From Nannocystales bacterium (lineage in GTDB: Bacteria > Myxococcota_A > Polyangia > Nannocystales > Nannocystaceae), in the NCBI GenBank assembly GCA_050633305.1, contig JBOEGF010000015.1, positions 64,001 through 128,000 of the forward strand: a DNA stretch of 64,000 nucleotides, written 5' to 3'. Every line of letters starts with the position of its first letter. The first letter of the stretch is position 1. The translations under genes and the position numbers were made by a program. The notes under the pieces are model-generated. The model ran no database searches. It was given only the letters and a program-made list of their open reading frames with translations, and had not been told where the DNA came from. Below, piece after piece: positions 38,084-48,903 of this stretch.

Positions 38084-38225
38084 TCCCGTCTCCCGACACG
38101 GATGGGAGCCCTGCAACACAAACCGAAACCACAACCTCGTGTCCGAACGGGTCATGTCTCCCCCGGCCTTCCCCATTCGCGGCACACTGACCGAAAGCCC
38201 CCTCCTGACGAGGGGGTTTTCGTTT
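38084..38225 (+). ncRNA. Candidate ~140-nt sigma54-dependent small RNA
   Basis: Between sigma54 promoter and intrinsic terminator with no credible ORF; 5' hairpin, stem with C-rich loop, terminator. Confidence 0.6.
38192..38225 (+). terminator. Intrinsic terminator (possibly bidirectional)
   Basis: CGAAAGCCCCCTC-CTGAC-GAGGGGGTTTTCG followed by TTT. Confidence 0.85.
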
Positions 38226-38244
38226 GGTTGAGGGTTGGCCGGGC

Positions 38245-39102
38245 TCAGCTTCGGCGGCGGCTCGGTTGGCAGGAGCGACAGGTCACCCCGCTTCGGCCAG
38301 CGTGAACGTAGCCATGGAGCGTCGTGCCGCAGGTGGAGCAGGCCTGTCCCGCACGGCCATAGACCCGCAACGCGGACTGGTTGCGTCCCCGCTCACCTTG
38401 CGAGCCACGGTAGTCGCGGAGCGTCGTGCCCCCGTTTTTGATGCCTTGCCGCAGGACATCCACGATGGCGACCGTCAATCGCTGCCAAGCCGATGACCGG
38501 AGGTCCACGGCGCGCACGAGCGGAGGTAGTCCCGCGAGGTGGAGCGCCTCGCTGACGTAAATGTTGCCGAGACCGGCAACGACACGCTGGTCGAGCAAGA
38601 CTTCTCGGATCGCGCGCTTGGACCGGCCCCCTCGGGCTTGGAGAATCTCCGCCGTGAAGGCGGCACCGAGAGGCTCGGGGCCCAACGAGGCGAGCGGCCC
38701 GACCTCATCGAGCCGGGTGAGCGTATCCACATGCACCCCGCCAAAGCGTCGCGCATCGGTGTAGCGCAGAGAAGGACCGCCACCGACAGAGATCTCCAGA
38801 TGCGTATGAGGAGCCCGAGACGCCCCTGGCTCGCACACGGTCAAGCGGCCCGTCATTCCAAGGTGGATCACCGCCGCCAGCGGAACCTGTTTGCGGGAGG
38901 CCAGCCGCCACAACAGGAACTTCCCGCGGCGCTCGAATGCACTGGTTTGCGCTCCCTCGAGGAGATGGAGCCGCTCATCTCTCCAGAAGGCGCCTGTGCG
39001 AAGGGCGAGCTTCGAACGCCAGACGGAGGTTATGACCTTGGAAGACAGGTCGGCACCGGCAAGTCCGCGCCGGACACACTCGACCTCGGGGAGTTCAGGC
39101 AT
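38245..39102 (-). CDS. mutM: Formamidopyrimidine-DNA glycosylase
   Basis: MPELPEVE, RRGKFL, HLGMTG, DARRFG, AGLGNIY, C4 zinc finger. Confidence 0.97.
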   Translation of the reverse strand: MPELPEVECVRRGLAGADLSSKVITSVWRSKLALRTGAFWRDERLHLLEGAQTSAFERRGKFLLWRLASRKQVPLAAVIHLGMTGRLTVCEPGASRAPHTHLEISVGGGPSLRYTDARRFGGVHVDTLTRLDEVGPLASLGPEPLGAAFTAEILQARGGRSKRAIREVLLDQRVVAGLGNIYVSEALHLAGLPPLVRAVDLRSSAWQRLTVAIVDVLRQGIKNGGTTLRDYRGSQGERGRNQSALRVYGRAGQACSTCGTTLHGYVHAGRSGVTCRSCQPSRRRS

Positions 39103-39919
39103 CACGAGCCCGGGCGATGGCGGCAAACCCTTCGACCGTGACCCGTTCGGGGCGTAGCTTGTGGTCAACCCCGGCGGTCTCGCACCAAGCCTCGACCTCG
39201 TCCCGGCTGCCCAAGGGGCGCAGCGCGTTGCTCAAGGTCTTACGCCGCATCTGGAACGCAGTGCGGACCAGGGCGAGAAAACGAGCTTCGTCCGGCACTT
39301 CGCCCCGCGGTGTTTCCCGCCGAGCGAGCATCACTACGGAGGAGTCGACCTTCGGCGGCGGGGCGAAGGCTCCAGGCGGCACATGCATCACCATCGAGAT
39401 GTCGCGGACGCGAGAGAGGCCCACCGTGACCCCGCCGTACGTCTTGTTTCCGGGGGAGGCGCACAGACGTTGAGCGACCTCCTTCTGGATGAGGATCACC
39501 CACGCGCCCGTGACGGCCTGCGCTTCCAACATTCGGAAGAGCAGGGGACCGGTGAGGTGGTAGGGGAGGTTACCCGCGATGTTGGGACGAACCCCATCCT
39601 CGGCCGCGGATGCGTAGTCGAACTTGACCGCGTCAGCTTCGTGGAGCTTGAAGTTGGGTTGCTCGCCAAACTCCTTGCGGAGCACCTCGCACAGATCGCG
39701 ATCCCGCTCGATCGACCACACGTCGGCGCCGGCCTCGAGGAGGTGCGCGGTCAGGGTGCCGAGGCCAGATCCGATCTCGACCACGCGCTGTCCCTCGCGG
39801 GCACCCACGCTCCTGGCGATGGTTGCGTGCACGTGCATCGCGTGGAGAAAGTGTTGTCCCCAGCTCTTGCGAGCCTCTAGTCCGTGGCGGCGTAGAACGG
39901 TGACGGGAGATTCGATCAT
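39095..39919 (-). CDS. rsmA: 16S rRNA dimethyladenosine transferase
   Basis: KSWGQHFL, EIGSGLG, GNLPY, PPPKVDS, RRKTL. Confidence 0.97.
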   Translation of the reverse strand: MIESPVTVLRRHGLEARKSWGQHFLHAMHVHATIARSVGAREGQRVVEIGSGLGTLTAHLLEAGADVWSIERDRDLCEVLRKEFGEQPNFKLHEADAVKFDYASAAEDGVRPNIAGNLPYHLTGPLLFRMLEAQAVTGAWVILIQKEVAQRLCASPGNKTYGGVTVGLSRVRDISMVMHVPPGAFAPPPKVDSSVVMLARRETPRGEVPDEARFLALVRTAFQMRRKTLSNALRPLGSRDEVEAWCETAGVDHKLRPERVTVEGFAAIARARDA

Positions 39920-40962
39920 GCGAACACCACTCGGTCGTCGTCGATGGGGAGGTTCGTGTAGACGTCGACGCCCGGGTCAACGTCCGCGAGGACACGTGCT
40001 GCTGCGGCGGCGCCGATCATCGCAGCGTTGTCGCCACAGTACCGAAGCGGCGGCACCCGAACCTCGAACCCGTCCTCGGCTCCCCGTGCCGCGGCGCACT
40101 CGCGTAGTCCTCGGTTCGCGGCGACACCTCCGACGATGTTGAGGCGCTTGAGCCCGGTGCGCTTGAGCGCACGAGCGGCCTTTGCGACCAGGATATCCGA
40201 GACCGCAGCTTGGAAAGACGCACAGACATCCGCCAACGCCTGGCGGGAGTCGGGGGCGCCCTTGCGCTCCACATGCACGAGCACGGCGGTCTTGAGTCCG
40301 GCGAACGAGAACTCAAACCCGGGCTGTTTGAGCATTGGGCGAGGGAACGCGTGCGCCTTCGGGTCGCCCTCGGTCGCGAGTTGGTCGATGACGGGACCAC
40401 CCGGGTAGCCGAGTCCGAGAAGCTTTCCGACCTTGTCGTACGCCTCCCCAGCGGCGTCATCGCGGGTGGAACCGAGCACACGGTAGCGGCCCACAGCGCG
40501 AACCTCGACCAGCTCGGTATGTCCCCCGGAGACAAGCATCGCGACGTGAGGCATGAACGCCGCCGGCTCGAGTTCGGCGTCGCCCAAGTAGGCCGACCAC
40601 AGGTGGCCCTCCATGTGGTGGATCCCGTATAGCGGTTTTCCCGTCGCAAACGAGAGACCTCGGCCCATCTGCACGGCGACAAGCAACGCCCCGCTGAGCC
40701 CTGGGCCTTCGGTCACCGCCAGCGCATCAATGTCCTGGAGGGACACGCCCGCGGCGGCAAGTGCTTGCTCGGAGACAGCTGTGATCGACCCGAGGTGATG
40801 CCGCGACGCGAGCTCGGGGACCACCCCGCCGAACTGTCGGTGGATCTCGATCTGCGTGCTGACGATGCTCGAGCGTACACGTGTGCCCGTGACAACAGCA
40901 GCAGCCGTCTCGTCGCAGCTGCTCTCCAATGCGAGGACGGTGGGCTCGGAACGGGCGCTCAT
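39916..40962 (-). CDS. tsaD: tRNA threonylcarbamoyltransferase TsaD
   Basis: [53 protein letters not shown]. Confidence 0.98.
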   Translation of the reverse strand: MSARSEPTVLALESSCDETAAAVVTGTRVRSSIVSTQIEIHRQFGGVVPELASRHHLGSITAVSEQALAAAGVSLQDIDALAVTEGPGLSGALLVAVQMGRGLSFATGKPLYGIHHMEGHLWSAYLGDAELEPAAFMPHVAMLVSGGHTELVEVRAVGRYRVLGSTRDDAAGEAYDKVGKLLGLGYPGGPVIDQLATEGDPKAHAFPRPMLKQPGFEFSFAGLKTAVLVHVERKGAPDSRQALADVCASFQAAVSDILVAKAARALKRTGLKRLNIVGGVAANRGLRECAAARGAEDGFEVRVPPLRYCGDNAAMIGAAAAARVLADVDPGVDVYTNLPIDDDRVVFA

Positions 40963-43670
40963 CCGGCCTTGTCGTTGCCGCCGGTTACCTGTGTCAGCCG
41001 GTGGAGCTGTCTCTCGACGGTGGGCGCGTACACGCCCTTTGGCGCCAGCTCGAGGTAGCGCCGGTAGGCAGCGATCGCGTCCGAGTACTCTTTGCGCTGC
41101 TGCCGAATCGCGCCCAGTGCGAGATAACCGTCGGCGAACTCGCCGTCCGCGGCAACGGAGGCCTCGGCGGACGCCAGCGCGTCGTCCATTCGCTTCTGCT
41201 CGATGTAGATGGACGACGCGAGCATGAGCGCGGCCGCGTTCTCGGGTTGCGCCGCAAGGATGGAGGTCACCAGGTCGTGGGCGGGACCGCTGGACCCGTC
41301 CGCATGAAGCTTCCGGGCGCGGTCGAGCGCGTCGTTCACGCTCTCGGGGTTTTGCGGGTCGAGCGCGGGGGCGGGCGTCTCTGCGGGACCGGTGTTCGCC
41401 TGGACGGTTGTCGCGGCGGGCGGCGGACCGACCGACGGCGCAGGAGTCGGCTGGAGCTTTCCATAGAGGAAGCCCCCCGCCGCGGCGACGAGAATGATGC
41501 TCGCGACCAGACCGTAGGGTGGGGAAGGTTGCTCGGGCGGGACAACCGCGGGGCCTCGCGGCCGGGCGATCGGGACGGGCGAGTCGTCGTCATTGCCCCA
41601 ACGGCCAGGCTCTTGTGCCGGGGCCCCGATGCGAACGTTGTCGCCATCGTCGAGCGCAGCTTCATCGCCGTCAGCCACGGCGTCCTCGCTCGTGTCGATC
41701 TCGACGGTTTCACGGTCTCCGCCCTCTGCGTCCGGTCCACCGTTTCCGTCGAGGTCCAGGACAAACTCGCGCCCCATGTCCCCCGCGTACGGGGGAATCG
41801 TGGGGGGATCGGGTGCAGGCTCGGTACTGACCGCGAAGATACCGCTGGCCGCGGCCCGCGGAACTCCCGAGGGCGGAGCAACCTGATCCGACATCGGACG
41901 CAGACTCTCTGCGCTCTCTCCCGGAGCCGGCTCGGCAGTCTCAGGAGCGTCCGAAGATTCCTCGACCTGAGGAGGAGCGGGGTCGCGTCGAGCGTCGTCC
42001 GTGCTCCGATTCACTTCCCGGAGGTCGGGGATGCCACCGGCCGTCACGCGCCGCAGGTTCACACGCCCGAGGCTGGCGGTCGGGTTGTCCGCCGTCGGCA
42101 TCGGAACGCCGGGTACGGTGGGCTCGTCGGGACCGGACTCGTCGCTCGCTTCGCCCCAAGGATCGCGGGGTGGCTGGAGCCCCGCAAGCGCGCTCTCGCC
42201 AGAGTCCTCAGGCCGCTCGGCCAAGGAGATCGCAGCCGTGTCGGTGTCCTCAATGGGCAGGGGTCCCCCTTCCGGAGGATCGGCATCGGGATCGGAGAGG
42301 GACTCGGGAGCGGGTCCTTCGCGGAACTCTGGGGTTGCGCCGCCTTCGATTGCGTCGAGTTGCTCGGCGAGCGCGTCCACAATGCCCTGGCTTTCGCCGG
42401 TGAACTCAGGCGCTGGGCTCGGTCCCGACTCGCCGTCGGAGCCCGACTCGAGGGGCACCATGCTGGACCCGAAGGCAGGCTTGGGTGCGGAGTCCTCTGG
42501 AATGCCCGGTACGAGCACGCTGTCCTCATGCGCATCCGCCTGCAGCGTCGGGAACGGCTCCGGGTAGTTGGGCGGGGGCGGGAGGTCCTCCGAGTCGTCG
42601 TCCGTATCGGCGAGCGACGCCGTGTCGACGGGAGCGGGCGTGGGAACAGAGGGGACGCGGGTCGGGGCATCCCAACGCTCCAAGGAGAGCGCGGAGGCCA
42701 GCGGTTCCTCACCGGCGTCCTGAGTATCTTCGGCAGGCGCTAGTAGGCCTTCGAAGAAGAACTGACTGATTGCGCCAAGAGCATCGAGGTCGTCGATGCC
42801 CGAGTCGTCGACCACTTCGAGAATGTTGCGACGGCCGTCGAAACGCTTGAGCACCGCCGAGTGGTCGGCGCTCAGGTTGTCTCGGCGTTCCGCGTAGGCG
42901 GAGGGCTCGACAACGAGGACAGCATCGAGCGGGGGAAGCTGCTCCAGCAGTCGCCCCCATTCATCGACCCGACGCATCCCCTCCATGAGAAGGGCCTGCG
43001 TGTTCGAGTGAATCTGTTGGCCTCGGTTGATGGCCTTGAACTCGAGTTCGAACTCACCATCGCCCAGGCTCAGGAGCCGATAGATCGCGGCCTCGCCCTG
43101 CAGCCGTCCCATCTGCGCGTCGATGACCGAGCCGTCTCGGAACCAGACCGTCGCGTCCCCGAGGGCGGTCATAAAACTGATGACACCACTCTTACGGGAG
43201 ATCTCGATCGTCTGAAGAAGGTCCACGACCGCCATATCCGCCAGGCGTCCGGTGAACTTCGTGCGGGCAGTATCGCGACGCTCCAGCCGCTCGTGCTGCT
43301 TGCGCTGGAGCAGCATCGTGACCCGTGTCGTGATCTCCTTAATATAGATAGGCTTGGTGAGGTAGTCCTCGATCCCAAGCTCCAGCCCCCGCACCTTGTC
43401 CTCCACCGACTTGTCGCTGGTGAGGAAGATGAAGGGGATGTGCCGCCAGCGGTCGTGCTCCTTCATCGCCGTGCACAGACCGAAGCCGTCCAGGCCCGGC
43501 AGACGGGTGTCGGAAATCAGGAGGTCCGGTTCGGCGTGCTCAAGGTACTCGAGCGCTTCTTCGCCCGTGCTGGCTGCAGTGATGCTGAAGCCCGCTTTGC
43601 GCAGGCTGACCTCCAGCACGCGACGATTGCGTGCGTCGCCGTCGACGATGAGGAGGTTTTGGCGAGCCAT
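40959..43670 (-). CDS. Response regulator with DUF4388-like domain, acidic linker, TM and TPR
   Basis: Receiver LLIVD...[11 protein letters not shown]...FLT...[35 protein letters not shown]-terminal TPR. Confidence 0.9.
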   Translation of the reverse strand: MARQNLLIVDGDARNRRVLEVSLRKAGFSITAASTGEEALEYLEHAEPDLLISDTRLPGLDGFGLCTAMKEHDRWRHIPFIFLTSDKSVEDKVRGLELGIEDYLTKPIYIKEITTRVTMLLQRKQHERLERRDTARTKFTGRLADMAVVDLLQTIEISRKSGVISFMTALGDATVWFRDGSVIDAQMGRLQGEAAIYRLLSLGDGEFELEFKAINRGQQIHSNTQALLMEGMRRVDEWGRLLEQLPPLDAVLVVEPSAYAERRDNLSADHSAVLKRFDGRRNILEVVDDSGIDDLDALGAISQFFFEGLLAPAEDTQDAGEEPLASALSLERWDAPTRVPSVPTPAPVDTASLADTDDDSEDLPPPPNYPEPFPTLQADAHEDSVLVPGIPEDSAPKPAFGSSMVPLESGSDGESGPSPAPEFTGESQGIVDALAEQLDAIEGGATPEFREGPAPESLSDPDADPPEGGPLPIEDTDTAAISLAERPEDSGESALAGLQPPRDPWGEASDESGPDEPTVPGVPMPTADNPTASLGRVNLRRVTAGGIPDLREVNRSTDDARRDPAPPQVEESSDAPETAEPAPGESAESLRPMSDQVAPPSGVPRAAASGIFAVSTEPAPDPPTIPPYAGDMGREFVLDLDGNGGPDAEGGDRETVEIDTSEDAVADGDEAALDDGDNVRIGAPAQEPGRWGNDDDSPVPIARPRGPAVVPPEQPSPPYGLVASIILVAAAGGFLYGKLQPTPAPSVGPPPAATTVQANTGPAETPAPALDPQNPESVNDALDRARKLHADGSSGPAHDLVTSILAAQPENAAALMLASSIYIEQKRMDDALASAEASVAADGEFADGYLALGAIRQQRKEYSDAIAAYRRYLELAPKGVYAPTVERQLHRLTQVTGGNDKAG

Positions 43671-43882
43671 GGTTCGGCGTCGGGCGGCGCACAGGCGGCT
43701 CAGCGAGCCCCAAAGCGCAGTGGCGCACCATAGCAACGCCGCGTCCAGCCCAGCAAGTGAACTGCATTCGCTGCAAGCGCGAGTCTTGAGGAGTTCGCCG
43801 GCCGCGTTGCTATGGTCCGGCCCTGAACGGGACAGACCATCGAAGCCCGCGCCGTGAGGCGCTCCCCTGGCTGGCGATCATC

Positions 43883-44914
43883 GTGGTCTGCTGCCTCGTC
43901 TTTGTGGGCTCTGCGGGCCTGTGTGTGGGTGAAAGCCCGTCTCCGTGGTGGGAGATGGGATGGGGAATGGAATGCCCGGGAGCGCTGCGAACGGTGGGGG
44001 CCGCGGAGCTGGTGCCCTTGTGGGAGACGGGCGGCTGGTGGCGGGTCGTGACGACTGGGTTCGTGCATGGGTCGGCGCTACACCTAACACTGAACATGTG
44101 GTCACTCTGGAACCTGGGCGCATGGGCGACCCGGGCGTGGGGCCATGCGCGGGCGCTGATCTGTTTTTTGGCGTCGAGCGTCGGAGGGGTGCTCGCCTCT
44201 GTCACGTGGGCGGAGGCCCCCGTCGTGGTAGGGGCCTCCGCGGGCATTTTTGGGCTGGCGGGCGCGCTGTGGATTTCGAGGGGGTGGGGCGATGAATCCT
44301 GCCGGGCTCGGGTTGAGCTGGTGTCGACGCGCGCACTCGGGACCACGCTCGCCCTGATGTTGGGGCTGGGTTTTCTGGTACCCATGATCGCCCAGGCCGG
44401 TCACCTGGGCGGGCTGGCCGTAGGCATCGTTCTGGGGACCGTGTTTGGGGGGGTCGCGCGCTCTCGGGCAGGGGTGGGGGCCGCGAGTGGGGGTGCCATC
44501 TTGCTTCTCGGTCTCCTCGCCCTGGCGGCGGTCGAGCCGAACTGGCGTCCGAACTATCACGCGTTCCGCGGGTACCGGCTTCTGGAGGACGGGTCGTCGT
44601 CGGAGGCTGTCAGCATGCTGCGGGAGGCGCTGCGTCTCGAGGGAGATGCCCCGGAGCTGCAGAATGGTGTGGCGTATGCACTCGCGGAGGCTGGTGTCGA
44701 GCTCGAGGAGGCGCTTCGGCTTGTCGACGGCGCGCTGGAGCATGACCCGGAGAGCGCCGACTATCTGGATACGAAAGGCTGGATCCTTTGCAAGCAGGGG
44801 GATGTGGAGTCGGGGCTCGAGTGGGTTCGCCGGGCTTCCGTCGCCTCCGGCGGTGGCGTTGCAGAGATTGAGGAGCACCTGGAGAGTTGCGGCAACCCAC
44901 CGCCCGCAGGGTAA
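43883..44914 (+). CDS. Rhomboid intramembrane serine protease with C-terminal TPR
   Basis: WWR, HGSALHLTLN, GASAG, HLGG; ADYLDTKGW TPR; start uncertain. Confidence 0.9.
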   Translation: MVCCLVFVGSAGLCVGESPSPWWEMGWGMECPGALRTVGAAELVPLWETGGWWRVVTTGFVHGSALHLTLNMWSLWNLGAWATRAWGHARALICFLASSVGGVLASVTWAEAPVVVGASAGIFGLAGALWISRGWGDESCRARVELVSTRALGTTLALMLGLGFLVPMIAQAGHLGGLAVGIVLGTVFGGVARSRAGVGAASGGAILLLGLLALAAVEPNWRPNYHAFRGYRLLEDGSSSEAVSMLREALRLEGDAPELQNGVAYALAEAGVELEEALRLVDGALEHDPESADYLDTKGWILCKQGDVESGLEWVRRASVASGGGVAEIEEHLESCGNPPPAG

Positions 44915-44948
44915 GGCTTTCGGTGCTCGCGATTGGGCGAAGCCGGGT

Positions 44949-44964
44949 TGTTTCACGTGGAACA
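44949..44964. promoter_or_regulatory. parS site
   Basis: TGTTTCACGTGGAACA vs consensus TGTTNCACGTGAAACA. Confidence 0.9.
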
Positions 44965-45091
44965 CGGGCGGAAGCGGGCGGGATGCGCGGGTTGAAAGGG
45001 TTGTCCGTCGCTGACCCTGCTCGGCCACGGCGGGGTGTGTCTTGGACCGGGAGGCGGGGACTCGCTCCCATTCCTGCGGTTCTCCCCACAG

Positions 45092-45107
45092 CGTTTCACG
45101 TGAAACG
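45092..45107. promoter_or_regulatory. parS site
   Basis: Perfect palindrome CGTTTCACGTGAAACG. Confidence 0.9.
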
Positions 45108-46010
45108 TCGGGTCAGGGAGGTTGACCGAGACAGAGCACCAGGGGCGGACGGCTTCTCGGGCGTCCCGCAACCGCCCCGTCTCTTTGTCAGGGCCTCGGC
45201 GTTCCGAAAGAGCCACGTCCGCCGGCGGTACCCCTGGGAAGGGGCACGTGCGACGCGTCGGGTCGGCCTCCGACGGGTGCCGGACTCGATTTGAAGCAGC
45301 CTGCGGCGTGCGCGGCGGAGGTCCTGGCTAGGCGGAGGCGGCAGGGGCACGGAGTCCGTCGAGGCCCAACAGCGCGGCTGGAAGTGGCCAGAGGCTCGTA
45401 CTCCAACCGTTCGCCGCTCGACCAAGCGAGGCAGAGGCCCTGCTCCGTCGGGACCCTCGCAACTCGGTGCTGCCCGCCGCTGAGGCCCGCACTGTGGACG
45501 GTGCCGGGAAAGAGCGGAGGGGAGGGGGCCGGCGGGCCGCGGGTGGCAGCCTCGGCCGTTGAACGAGCTGAGAGAGGGCGCAGCATCGGAGTTCCTGCTA
45601 CGTCCGGCGGCGGGACGCCGTCACCTCCAGCGTGGGTCCAATGGCGCTCGACCACGACGAACCAGCACCGCCCTGCGCTGCCTCGGACGCAACCGCGGAC
45701 CGGGGCAGGGCTGGATACGCTGAAGGTAGTAGGGGAAGCCGGCGGTGCCCGGTACAGAGTCGCGTCGCCCGGGTCCCGCATTGCGCATGGAGCCGCGATT
45801 CCGAGGGTCCAGTGCGACCCGCCGCGCACCCTGGCAGCGTCCACGGTCAGGGTGGGCGGGAGCACCACTCAATCAGCGTCAGCGGGCAAGGCTCGATGGG
45901 CTCGTCCGCCGCGCCACGAGCCTGCCTTGGTGGGTCTCGGCCTGCGTGGGGCCCGGGACCGTGTTGGTATGAGCAACGGCACCAGAATCGACATCATCGG
46001 GTCGGGAATA

Positions 46011-46067
46011 GGCACAAGCACAAGCACAAGCACAGGCGCAGGCGCAGGCGCAGGCACAGGCACAGGC
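46011..46067 (+). repeat. 6-bp tandem repeat (GCACAA/GCGCAG/GCACAG)n
   Basis: ggcacaagcacaagcacaagcacaggcgcaggcgcaggcgcaggcacaggcacaggc. Confidence 0.9.
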
Positions 46068-46158
46068 CACAGCCGCGGGAACGAGCCCACGCATCGAGCC
46101 GCGGCCCGACGCGGAGCCGGGCGCGAAGGGACACAGGAACCCCGAACACGTGGCTGGC

Positions 46159-46174
46159 TGTTCCACGTGAAACA
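46159..46174. promoter_or_regulatory. parS site
   Basis: TGTTCCACGTGAAACA. Confidence 0.9.
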
Positions 46175-46783
46175 ACCGGCAACGCCCAGGGCACACCTCC
46201 TGGGAGAGCGGCCTGTCCACACGGACTCCAGCGCTACCCGAGGCGAGCCATCAAAGGACCCATCGGGCCCACGGCACCTCATCGACAAAACCTCGAGAGC
46301 CCTCCAGGCACACCACCCCCTCATGGCAGGAGATGCGGACCCTCTGTCGGGCCAGGCCCACAACGCGACACCTACCGCGCACGCGACCAACCCGGCCGCC
46401 GCGCCCTGCGAGCCAAGGACAGAACAAGCGCGCCGACACGAACTCAGCGAGCCAACGCGCAGCGAACTGACTCAGCAACGGACTCCGCGAGCCGGGCCAC
46501 GGAACCCGCTCAGCGAGGACGACTCGACCCAAGTCAACCGAACAACCAGGAGTGCAGCCGATTCGCGCGCCTGCGGACCAGGTGCGCGCGGGAGCGACCC
46601 CGCCCGAACCAAGCCCGAATCTCAACCCACGCCTCGTGTCAGCGACGCCCGCCCCTGTTGCCCCCCTATCCCATCCCGAGCCAGCGCCGACACCCTCCCG
46701 ACGACGTGGCTGCGGCACGCCCACGTGGGAAGGCGCACCTGAGTTTTTCGGACCCACCGCCCGAGCGACGGTGGGTCTCGCGT

Positions 46784-47410
46784 TCAGCGCGTTTCGGCCC
46801 CGACCATCGGCGAGATGACCCCTACGCTCCCCCGCTCACTCTCGACCAGGAGCGAGCAACCGTAGTTTTGCGCCGTTTCCTGCGCCGAGAGGTGCAGCAC
46901 CACGTGGGCGCGCCCGTTTCCCACATGCTCCGCGACTCCCAGCCACTCAGACGGAGCCCACACGGCCCTCGCGGACAGGACGACGATCACGCCACCTTCA
47001 GCCCTAATAAACTCGTTGGCTGGATTCTCGGCCCACGTTTCCCGCTCGAACCGAGAGCGAATCACGCCTATTGACTTTCGCCCGATAGCGTTACTCGCAA
47101 GCTCGAGAAAGCTCGCGCGCTTCTGCCGAGGCTCCAGCAGCCGCAGCTCACAGTCGAGGACCGCGCCGACCACAAGCCCCGGAAACCCACCGCCGCTTCC
47201 GAAGTCCACCCATCGAACTGCCTGCACGTCCGCGACCGCTTCGCGAACCACCCACGCCGTGTCGAGGCCGTCACGCACATGTGGCAGCAGCTCGGCGCGT
47301 GTGCGGGCACCGCTGAGATTCATCACCGCACCGTACCGGAGCCACAAACCCAACAGCGTCTCGAGCCGTTCAAGCGCGTCTGCCGGCAGTTCCCAGCCAC
47401 GCATCTCCAT
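46784..47410 (-). CDS. rsmG: 16S rRNA m7G527 methyltransferase GidB
   Basis: MNLSG, HVRDGL, DFGSGGGFPG, EPRQKRASFL, SARA; start may be a few codons upstream. Confidence 0.9.
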   Translation of the reverse strand: MEMRGWELPADALERLETLLGLWLRYGAVMNLSGARTRAELLPHVRDGLDTAWVVREAVADVQAVRWVDFGSGGGFPGLVVGAVLDCELRLLEPRQKRASFLELASNAIGRKSIGVIRSRFERETWAENPANEFIRAEGGVIVVLSARAVWAPSEWLGVAEHVGNGRAHVVLHLSAQETAQNYGCSLLVESERGSVGVISPMVGAETR

Positions 47411-47862
47411 CCATGTCTCGAGTTCCTCCGACAGCACCGCACGGATAATGCCATTCTGCGGGATCAGCAGTCCCACCATTTCGGGGGCTTGCTGAATCTT
47501 CCATGGGGACTGTCTCTCGGCTGGCGTCGCTGTCTGACCAGACGACGTACTCAGCACTACGAATCGACACCAACGCCGTCAAGAACTTTCCGGAGAAAAC
47601 CTTGTCGGGCACATCGCGCAGCGCTACACCAAGGGCGTCCGAACGGGGTTTGACAGTCTCCCCCGAACGGTTTCGCCCCATCCGGGTCTGAACTTCGACC
47701 GCTCCAAGGTCGTCGCCGGGTGGGGCCGCTTTGTATCCGCGACTCGTGAAACCGCATCGCGCGCGGTTCGTGAGGCGCAAAAGGGTAGGGCGCTGACCGC
47801 ATGGTGTTTCCACCAGCGTCAACGCCCATCCCACGAAACGGATCCGTTTGCCCGTTTTCGCG

Positions 47863-48186
47863 CTATTTGGTGCCGACGACCCAGGCCCAAGCCGCTCCAC
47901 CGAGCCCCGCCAACGTCATCGCGAGCTTGGTGAAGCTGTGCCACATCCCGGTGCGAGCCTTCGACTCCACCACCACCTGTGACTCTGGAAGCGGGCGCGG
48001 AGCGTACTGCGGCTTGAGCTGGCCTGTCTCGTCGAACTTGTCCAGCACCCGACCAACGGATTCGCGCAGCGCCTGGACCTCGCCCCGGTTCTTCCGGGAG
48101 TCCCGCTTCAACTCGCGGGCATCGTCCTGCAACCCATCGAGCTTCCCCTCGATGCGGCCCAGAACTCGGTCGGTCGACTCCGGCAT
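47863..48186 (-). CDS. Phage coiled-coil protein with C-terminal TM (lysis-associated?)
   Basis: LGRIEGKLDGL coiled coil, C-terminal hydrophobic helix; last gene of module. Confidence 0.6.
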   Translation of the reverse strand: MPESTDRVLGRIEGKLDGLQDDARELKRDSRKNRGEVQALRESVGRVLDKFDETGQLKPQYAPRPLPESQVVVESKARTGMWHSFTKLAMTLAGLGGAAWAWVVGTK

Positions 48187-48195
48187 GGGCCCGAC

Positions 48196-48435
48196 CTAGT
48201 CGACGACGGATTTGGCGGGGTCGGCTACGGCGAGCTTGAGCCCACTCCAGCCAAAGAACGTCGCTAGGACTACGATGCCGTCGAGCCCTCGGTTGACCGC
48301 GGTGGCGAGGTCTTCCCCCGCGACCTGCTCGCCGAGCCCGAAGAGGTGGGCGAGGAACACAAGGATCGCGACCAGCATCGCGACGAGAATCGGGCGCGGG
48401 ACCCGATGGAGGGTGAGCTTCCCAGCGGAGGACAT
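48196..48435 (-). CDS. Holin-like protein (2 TM)
   Basis: 79 aa, two hydrophobic segments, GGAGG RBS, position after tail genes. Confidence 0.55.
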   Translation of the reverse strand: MSSAGKLTLHRVPRPILVAMLVAILVFLAHLFGLGEQVAGEDLATAVNRGLDGIVVLATFFGWSGLKLAVADPAKSVVD

Positions 48436-48513
48436 GCCAAAACCTCCCACTGCGCCAACAGCGTGGTTCGAGTGTTCAGGGACGGCCCGGGGTCCAGCTG
48501 CTACACCTCCGGC

Positions 48514-48903
48514 ATGCGCAGGATCGCGGCAGCTCTTCTCTTGCTCTCGTTGGCCGGTTGTGACGATGGAGCCGACGAGCCGCCGGTGGTGATCGAGGCC
48601 CAGCAAGAGAGCACCGCCCACGCAGCGGGCCAGGTGTTCCGATGGGACGTCGTCGACCCGTGGCTAGAAGGAGACGGGGGGATACGAACCGCTGACCGAG
48701 GCTGTGGATATGCAGCCAGCCTCGTCGCTCTCTCCTACGACGAAACGACTGGGGTCGCGTTCAGATGCGGCTGCATGGCAAGCACAGACGGATGCGACGC
48801 TGGCGGAGAACTGCCTGACGACGTTGTCTGGTCCGAAGACGTGTGTGACGTCTGTGAGGGGAGCGCCTGCATCGAGCTGCTCGACCCCACTGGCCGCTGC
48901 TAG
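48514..48903 (+). CDS. Cys-rich lipoprotein (antisense moron)
   Basis: MRRIAAALLLLSLAGC lipobox; 8 further Cys. Confidence 0.75.
   Translation: MRRIAAALLLLSLAGCDDGADEPPVVIEAQQESTAHAAGQVFRWDVVDPWLEGDGGIRTADRGCGYAASLVALSYDETTGVAFRCGCMASTDGCDAGGELPDDVVWSEDVCDVCEGSACIELLDPTGRC

Noticed and set aside
38081..38305. 74-aa ORF over the sRNA candidate
   Set aside because: ATG precedes the predicted +1, there is no RBS, and it runs through the terminator into mutM
45291..47074. 483-aa and 480-aa ORFs in the parS region
   Set aside because: Arg/Pro-rich, no motifs or codon bias; likely non-coding
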